Assembly: GCA_963787445.1 (NCBI GenBank)
Contig: CAWBCT010000005.1
Span: 384,001-448,000, forward strand
Origin: an uncultured archaeon
Lineage (GTDB): Archaea; Micrarchaeota; Micrarchaeia; Micrarchaeales; CABMGC01
Direction of reading: 5' to 3'
Length of the DNA stretch: 64,000 nucleotides
Shown: one piece after another, positions 58,265-64,000 of the stretch
Layout of the letters: the number at the start of each line of letters is the position of its first letter
How positions within the stretch are numbered: the first letter of the stretch is position 1
Translations under genes and position numbers: made by a program
Notes under the pieces: generated by a model
Told to the model about the DNA's origin: nothing
Databases searched by the model: none
Seen by the model: only the letters and a program-made list of their open reading frames with translations

Positions 58265-59641
58265 TTGACAACTTTTGAAGAGATGGGCCTAAATGAGCCC
58301 TTGATAAGGGTACTTAAGAGCCTGAACATAAACTCACCCACAGAGGTGCAGGAGAAAGCGGTTCCGCTTCTCATGTCCGACAAGGATTTGATAGTAAAAT
58401 CAAAGACTGGCAGCGGGAAGACGCTGGCATTCCTGATCCCCATGTTAAACAAGGCCTACGCGGGCAAGCACCACACCACTCTGGTCCTGGCGCCCACTCG
58501 CGAATTGGCGCTGCAGACAAGCTCCGTGGCCCAGAAGCTCAAGCCAAGGGACTACGGCATCGCAACCATATACGGCGGCGCATCCATGAACATACAGATA
58601 GACGCGCTGGCAAGAAACCCACGCCTCATAATCGGGACGCCGGGCAGGATAATAGACCTGATGAAGAGGAACGCGCTCCATCTTGACGTAGTAAAGACGA
58701 TAGTCATAGACGAAGCGGACACCATGCTCGACATGGGCTTCATAGAGGACGTTGAGTACATCCTCACCTCCGCCCCAAGAACGCGCCAGACAATCCTTTT
58801 GTCTGCCACGATGCCGGAAAAGATCATCGGGATCTCAAGAAACTTCATGACCAACCCGACCCTACTCAAGATAGGCGACGAGGACGAGGTCACAGTGCGC
58901 AAGATAAAGCACTTCTATTTCGTAGCTGACGGCGCTCGCAAGCTCGAGGCGCTTTTGGCCTACATAAACACGCACAACCCGAAGAAGGTGATAGTCTTCC
59001 TCAGAACAAAGCACGAGGCAGACCTGATCCACAACTTCCTGAAGAGCCAGAACCTGGATGCGGTTCTGATGCACGGCGGCTTGACGCAGTCAAAGCGAGA
59101 GCACTCGTTGCACGGCTTCAGAAAAGGCGTCCGCTTCCTCATTGCAACAAACGTTGCAGCAAGGGGCATAGACGTTGACGACATCTCGGACATAATAAAC
59201 TTCGACATTCCCGAGGATCCCCTGATCTACGTTCACAGAGTCGGCAGATCAGCCCGTATGGGCAAGGAAGGAAAGGCCTTCAGCCTAATCGGCAACAGGC
59301 AGCGCAACATGATTGAGGACATTCAGTACATGGCCAAGATAAAGATGGAACCCATCCGCCTTGAAACCTTCCAGTACAAGGAGCTCGTAAGCAAGTTCCT
59401 AGCAGAGAACCGCGGAAGAAGGTTCAGGGACAGCGACAACGAGCGGCCAGGCGGCTTCAGAGGTCATGGCTCAGGCCGACCAACCTTCCATCGTGAAGGA
59501 AGCAGCGGAGGCTATCGTGATCGTCGCGGTGGTGGCTCCGGCGGCGGTTATGGCGGAAGCCATCGTGGAAACCGCTATGGCGGAAAGCGAGACAACCGCG
59601 AAAACCGCGACACGTCAAGGAGGTTCAGGCCTTTCCATTAA
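58265..59641 (+). CDS. DEAD-box RNA helicase with G/R-rich tail
   Basis: Q motif, TGSGKT, PTRELA, DEAD, SAT, HRVGRSAR. Confidence 0.96.
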   Translation: MTTFEEMGLNEPLIRVLKSLNINSPTEVQEKAVPLLMSDKDLIVKSKTGSGKTLAFLIPMLNKAYAGKHHTTLVLAPTRELALQTSSVAQKLKPRDYGIATIYGGASMNIQIDALARNPRLIIGTPGRIIDLMKRNALHLDVVKTIVIDEADTMLDMGFIEDVEYILTSAPRTRQTILLSATMPEKIIGISRNFMTNPTLLKIGDEDEVTVRKIKHFYFVADGARKLEALLAYINTHNPKKVIVFLRTKHEADLIHNFLKSQNLDAVLMHGGLTQSKREHSLHGFRKGVRFLIATNVAARGIDVDDISDIINFDIPEDPLIYVHRVGRSARMGKEGKAFSLIGNRQRNMIEDIQYMAKIKMEPIRLETFQYKELVSKFLAENRGRRFRDSDNERPGGFRGHGSGRPTFHREGSSGGYRDRRGGGSGGGYGGSHRGNRYGGKRDNRENRDTSRRFRPFH

Positions 59642-59725
59642 TTCACCTGCGGCCTTCTTTTATCCGATTATCCCCTAGCTTCGCAAAACAATATAAGATT
59701 ATAACGAGAAGGGAAAGCGGAGGCA

Positions 59726-60520
59726 ATGGACAGTGAACCTAACCCAGAGCAGAAGCCGCCTGTAGCGCACCCTTCTATACTAAAAGTTATAGACCAGCGT
59801 AAGCGCGTGAAGGAACGACTCTCCGGGATAAAGAACAAGGTCGGAGTTTACAGCGCAAAAGGCGGCGTTGGAAAGACAACGACCGCAGTTAATCTGGCAT
59901 TCACCCTAAAATCAATGGGCTATTCTGTAGGTCTTCTTGACGCCGACATAGACTGCCCGAATGTTGCAATGTTTATCGGCATAGACAAGATGGCTGACGA
60001 CTCCTATCCCCTCAAACCCATAGACAAAGATGGCGTAAAGATAATCTCAACGGCGATGTTTGTAGATGACAACAAAAAGCCGATAATTTGGAGAGGGCCG
60101 ATGATTGGAAAGATGATTGCGGACTTTTTGGAGAACACAGAATGGGGAAATCTTGATTACCTAATAATAGATCTTCCTCCAGGAACGAGCGATGCACCAC
60201 TGTCGATAATACAGCTGCTTGACCTCAAGGGTTTCGTTCTCGTCACAACCCCGCAGCACATTCCTGCGATAAACGCGATAAGATCTGGGATGATGGCGAA
60301 ACGCCTCGGCGTCCCTCTAATCGGGGTGGTAGAGAATATGTCAACCGGCTTACCAAGGGGCGGAACCGAGGTCGCAACAACGCTTGGCTGCGACCTGCTG
60401 GGAGTTATAAAAAACAACCCAACCCTGTCAGAAGCCAGCGACGCCGGAAAGATCGCCGTAATTGAAGATAAACAGATAAGGGAGGAATATTTAAGTATAG
60501 CAAAGAAAATTATACAGTGA
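59726..60520 (+). CDS. Mrp/Nbp35-family ATPase lacking the C-terminal CxxC
   Basis: KGGVGKT, IIWRGPM, DLPPGTSD, VENMS. Confidence 0.9.
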   Translation: MDSEPNPEQKPPVAHPSILKVIDQRKRVKERLSGIKNKVGVYSAKGGVGKTTTAVNLAFTLKSMGYSVGLLDADIDCPNVAMFIGIDKMADDSYPLKPIDKDGVKIISTAMFVDDNKKPIIWRGPMIGKMIADFLENTEWGNLDYLIIDLPPGTSDAPLSIIQLLDLKGFVLVTTPQHIPAINAIRSGMMAKRLGVPLIGVVENMSTGLPRGGTEVATTLGCDLLGVIKNNPTLSEASDAGKIAVIEDKQIREEYLSIAKKIIQ

Positions 60521-60524
60521 TAGC

Positions 60525-61754
60525 ATGGCAGAGCCGTTTGCGGATTTATTCAAGGATTCAGCGATATTCGCAAACCGCGAAGTGCTTTCACCACACTACC
60601 TGCCGAATAATCTGCTTTTCAGGGACAAGCAAATCCACGAGATAGAGAAGTCATTGACTCCTTCCCTACGAGGCGAGCGCGGAAGGAACGTTTTCATCTA
60701 CGGAAAGACCGGCACCGGAAAGACCTCGTGTGTCAAGCATGTAGTCGAAAAAGTGAAGGTTCTCCCAATACTCAAGGCGAAGATCTCCTATGTGAACTGC
60801 AGAATATACAACTCCAGGTACCGCGTGCTGGGGAAGATAGCGAGCGACCACATACCCCTCTACGCGAAGCGCGGCTACGGCGTAATCGACATATACGAAA
60901 GGATAATCAACTGGATCGAGGAGGACAGCAAGGTCCTCGTAGTCGTGCTGGACGAGGTCGACATAGTCCGGGACCTTGACGACCTTATTTACACGCTCAC
61001 CAGGGCGAACAGCGACATCAAGGCAGGCGGGATAACGATTGTCGGAGTGTCAAACAAGATCTCCTTCAAGGAAGTGCTGGACCCGCGCAGCCTCTCAACC
61101 CTTTACGAGAACGAACTCGTATTCCCTCCATACAACTCATCGGAACTCGCATCTATACTGACCCAACGTGTCGCCCAGGGATTCAAACCAAACGTCGTAG
61201 ATCCCGCGTCCGTGAACCTGGCTGCGGCAATAGCGGCAAAAGAGAGCGGAGATGCAAGACTTGCACTAAAGATCATCTCAAAGGCCGGAGAGATAGCCGA
61301 TGAAGGAGGATTGAAGTCAATTACGCCAAAAGAAGTGAACGAGGCGGCGCACCTTGCCGAAGAGGAGATCGCCTACGAGCTCATTGGCACCCTGCCGGAG
61401 CACCAGCGCCTGATAATATACGCCATAGCGCTCATGTCACTGAGCGGCGGCAAGTACCGAAAGCTGACGAGCAACCAGGAGGACGAGGCCTTCCTGCTCA
61501 GCGGGGAGATCTACGACAGGTACGTCTCCATCGCCCGCTCGCTCAACAAGGAGCCCAAGAGCTCGCGCTTCTACAGGCGCTACATAGTCGACCTGGAGAT
61601 GCAGGGCATAATAACCACCTACACTTCCGGCAAGGGGGTTCGGGGCCACACCCGGCTAATCCGCCTGAGCTACCTGCCGGACAAGATCAAACTCATGATA
61701 GAAAAGGGGCTGTTCAAGGAGAACGAGGCCGAGGAAGTGTCGAAACCGGCCTGA
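60525..61754 (+). CDS. cdc6: Orc1/Cdc6 replication initiator
   Basis: GKTGTGKT, LDEVD, FPPY, GDAR, C-terminal WH. Confidence 0.96.
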   Translation: MAEPFADLFKDSAIFANREVLSPHYLPNNLLFRDKQIHEIEKSLTPSLRGERGRNVFIYGKTGTGKTSCVKHVVEKVKVLPILKAKISYVNCRIYNSRYRVLGKIASDHIPLYAKRGYGVIDIYERIINWIEEDSKVLVVVLDEVDIVRDLDDLIYTLTRANSDIKAGGITIVGVSNKISFKEVLDPRSLSTLYENELVFPPYNSSELASILTQRVAQGFKPNVVDPASVNLAAAIAAKESGDARLALKIISKAGEIADEGGLKSITPKEVNEAAHLAEEEIAYELIGTLPEHQRLIIYAIALMSLSGGKYRKLTSNQEDEAFLLSGEIYDRYVSIARSLNKEPKSSRFYRRYIVDLEMQGIITTYTSGKGVRGHTRLIRLSYLPDKIKLMIEKGLFKENEAEEVSKPA

Positions 61755-61857
61755 CGACATACCTTTCTCAAAAGCTTTCAGTAAGCTATATAAGCCTATT
61801 ATACGCATATATAACAAAGTCTTTTTATCCCATTAAAAAACGAAAAAAGGTTCTATT

Positions 61858-62553
61858 ATGTACCCAAACGTGCAAGCATACGACCGCGGCGTGATGTTCA
61901 ATCCAGACGGAAGGCTATTTCAGGTAGAGTACGCCAAGGAGGCAGTCCGAAAGGGCGCCACCTCCATCGGCATAATAGCGAAGGATGGAGTGGTCTTCGT
62001 AGCCCACAAGAACTTCACCGAGCCCCTTGCAATCTCCTCAACCATACAAAAGGTATTCAGGGTTGACTCGCACATCGGCGCAACCTACAGCGGAATGGTG
62101 GCAGACGGACTGCACATAATCGACGTCGCGCGCACAAGGACCCAGAACCACCGACTAATATACGATGACATCAAGTCCGTAGAGTCGCTCGCAAAGGACA
62201 CCTCTGCCTACATGATGCAGGCAACCCAGTACGGCGGCCTAAGACCTTACGCAGTTTCAGTTCTCGTCGGAGGAATCGACGACCAACCAAGACTATTCGA
62301 GATAGAGCCCGGCGCATCCTTCCTTGGCTACAAGGCAGACGCAATAGGGGCCGGAAAGAAAGTGGCAACCGAGATACTCGTGAAGGAGTACAAGGATAAC
62401 ATGAGCATAGAAGATGCAATCATGCTCGGAGTCAAGATCCTCAAGAAGATAAGCGAGGAGAAGCTAAGCAAGGACAGCCTTGACATCGGCTACATACAGC
62501 AGGGTTCCGAATATCGCCTCCTGACCCAGGACGAGATCGTAAAGTACCTGTAA
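61858..62553 (+). CDS. psmA: proteasome alpha subunit
   Basis: YDRG..FNPDGRLFQVEYA. Confidence 0.98.
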   Translation: MYPNVQAYDRGVMFNPDGRLFQVEYAKEAVRKGATSIGIIAKDGVVFVAHKNFTEPLAISSTIQKVFRVDSHIGATYSGMVADGLHIIDVARTRTQNHRLIYDDIKSVESLAKDTSAYMMQATQYGGLRPYAVSVLVGGIDDQPRLFEIEPGASFLGYKADAIGAGKKVATEILVKEYKDNMSIEDAIMLGVKILKKISEEKLSKDSLDIGYIQQGSEYRLLTQDEIVKYL

Positions 62554-62572
62554 TCCTAATCAAGTGGACAAC

Positions 62573-63256
62573 ATGTCTAAGACAGTAACAGCCAAGTATA
62601 CCCATATGGGCGAGACGTTTGAGATCCTTGTGGATTCAGACCAGGCCTACGATTACATAACCGGCAAGCAGAAGAACCCGCTCGCGCCGCTCCAGGCGGA
62701 AGAGATCTTCAAGGATGCGAACAAAGGGGAGAAGCAGTCACAGGACAAGATAAAGAAGGTATTCAACACGGTCGACCTGGCCCAGGTTGTCGACATCATA
62801 CTGAAGAAAGGACAGCTCCCGATAACAACGGAGCAGCGGCACAAGATGGTGCAGGAGAAGCGCAAGCAGATAGTCAACATAATCGCGGTCAACTCGATCG
62901 ACCCAAGGACAGGCGCGCCGCACCCGGCGCAGAGAATAGACAAGGCCCTTGACGACGCAAAGATAAACATCGATCCGTTCAAGAACGCAAACGAGCAGGT
63001 AGAGGAGATACTTAAGAAAATAAACATGGTGCTCCCGCTGAAGTTCGCAACCGCGAAGCTGGAGGTGCTGATTCCTGCCGCCTATGCGGGCAGGTGCTTC
63101 AACACGCTGAAGCAGTACGGGGCGAAGTCGGAGGAGTGGCAGTCAAACGGCTCGCTGAAGGCAAGGCTGGAGTTTCCGGCAGGCCTTCGCGACGAGCTGT
63201 ACGACAAGTTAAACAGTCTTACAAAAGGAGAAGTTCAAATTAAAAACGAGGCGTAA
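62573..63256 (+). CDS. ribosome maturation factor SBDS/Sdo1
   Basis: FEILV, IFKDANKG, DPRTGAPHP. Confidence 0.95.
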   Translation: MSKTVTAKYTHMGETFEILVDSDQAYDYITGKQKNPLAPLQAEEIFKDANKGEKQSQDKIKKVFNTVDLAQVVDIILKKGQLPITTEQRHKMVQEKRKQIVNIIAVNSIDPRTGAPHPAQRIDKALDDAKINIDPFKNANEQVEEILKKINMVLPLKFATAKLEVLIPAAYAGRCFNTLKQYGAKSEEWQSNGSLKARLEFPAGLRDELYDKLNSLTKGEVQIKNEA

Positions 63257-63258
63257 AA

Positions 63259-63879
63259 ATGAGAAAAGTAGTAGTGCCTGGAGAGATGGTTGAAGATAAA
63301 CCCCTGCATCTCCTTGACACAATAATCGAAGACAACAAGACGTACGCAACAGTCATCAGCGTATACGATGACGAGAAGAAGACCCTGGTTCCACTGGAGG
63401 GGCTGTGGTACCCCGACCGGGACGAGATGGTGATCGGAGTAATCGAGGAAGCCAAGCTAAACACCTACACGGTGAAGCTCAACGCGCCCTACAAGGGACT
63501 GATAATCTCCAAGTATGCAGAGAGCACCATGGCCAACGGCGACATAATCGAGGCCTACGTGAAGGAGCTAGACAAGACCGGCACGGTCATACTTTCAAGG
63601 CCGCGCGTCCTGCCAGGAGGCAAGGTGATAACGGTGAAGCCGGCAAAGATCCGCAGGCTACTCGGGAAGGCGGACACGATGATAAAGCAGATAACCAACG
63701 GCACCGGAACCCAGATAGCAGCCGGGATGAACGGACTGGTCTGGCTAAAGGGAGGCAACATAGACAAGGCCCTAGAGGCGATCATCCAGATACAGGAGGA
63801 GGCCCACGTATCCGGGCTGACCGAGCGCATCGGAAAGATGTTCGGGAACGCCGCCGCACCACAGCAACCAAGAGCGTGA
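63259..63879 (+). CDS. rrp4: exosome RNA-binding subunit Rrp4
   Basis: VVVPGE, S1 and KH domains, GMNGLVW, GLTERI. Confidence 0.93.
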   Translation: MRKVVVPGEMVEDKPLHLLDTIIEDNKTYATVISVYDDEKKTLVPLEGLWYPDRDEMVIGVIEEAKLNTYTVKLNAPYKGLIISKYAESTMANGDIIEAYVKELDKTGTVILSRPRVLPGGKVITVKPAKIRRLLGKADTMIKQITNGTGTQIAAGMNGLVWLKGGNIDKALEAIIQIQEEAHVSGLTERIGKMFGNAAAPQQPRA

Positions 63880-63883
63880 TAGC

Positions 63884-64000
63884 ATGAAGTCAGACACAAT
63901 AAAGCTAATAGAAAATGGAAAGAGGCTAGACGGCAGGATGCCGGGAGACCTGCGCGCCATCTCGATAGTCGCAAATGTCGTTCCAAACGCAGCCGGATCA
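63884..64000 (+). CDS. rrp41: exosome subunit Rrp41 (partial, runs off the window)
   Basis: MKSDTIKLIENGKRLDGRMPGDLRAI...NAAGS; follows rrp4. Confidence 0.88.
   Translation, partial: MKSDTIKLIENGKRLDGRMPGDLRAISIVANVVPNAAGS

Noticed and set aside
59440-59600. G-rich low-complexity stretch
   Set aside because: It encodes the ordinary Gly/Arg-rich tail of the DEAD-box helicase.
61755-61857. AT-rich spacer after cdc6 as replication origin
   Set aside because: No ORB-like repeats seen; it is explained as the psmA promoter.
1-64000. CRISPR arrays, cas genes, transposases, rRNA
   Set aside because: No regularly spaced repeats and no recognisable genes of these kinds were seen.

Overview
Archaeal core-genome window, most consistent with a DPANN archaeon of the Micrarchaeota (ARMAN-like) type. 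Supporting signs are a ~384-aa three-unit-sized tRNA splicing endonuclease, a tRNA with a T-loop intron, tRNA-Ile(UAU) and LamG pilin-like proteins. It is gene-dense. It covers replication and repair (mcm, GINS, cdc6, radA, mre11, XPF-like nuclease, SSB), translation and transcription (ribosomal operon, rpoD/N, tfe, aIF2a, metG, thrS, srp54) and chaperones (grpE-dnaK-dnaJ with an upstream wHTH regulator). It also has the proteasome/exosome genes, a bacterial-type glyA-folA-thyA cycle, glycosylation genes and five tRNAs. Main points of interest: (1) a candidate replication origin at ~33.1 kb, with inverted GTTCCACTA boxes around an AT-only tract where gene orientation flips; (2) an RHH-regulated cysD/cysN, glycosyltransferase and alkaline-phosphatase-family locus, invaded by a NUMOD3/Vsr-like free-standing endonuclease; (3) two convergent LamG pilin-like genes with an in-frame 15-bp inverted repeat; (4) riboswitch-like structured intergenic regions; (5) apparent ATT/ATC/CTG starts; (6) an amber-interrupted thermopsin; (7) an uncalled Zn-finger microprotein overlapping a tRNA. 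All calls come from reading the sequence by eye; no searches were run.
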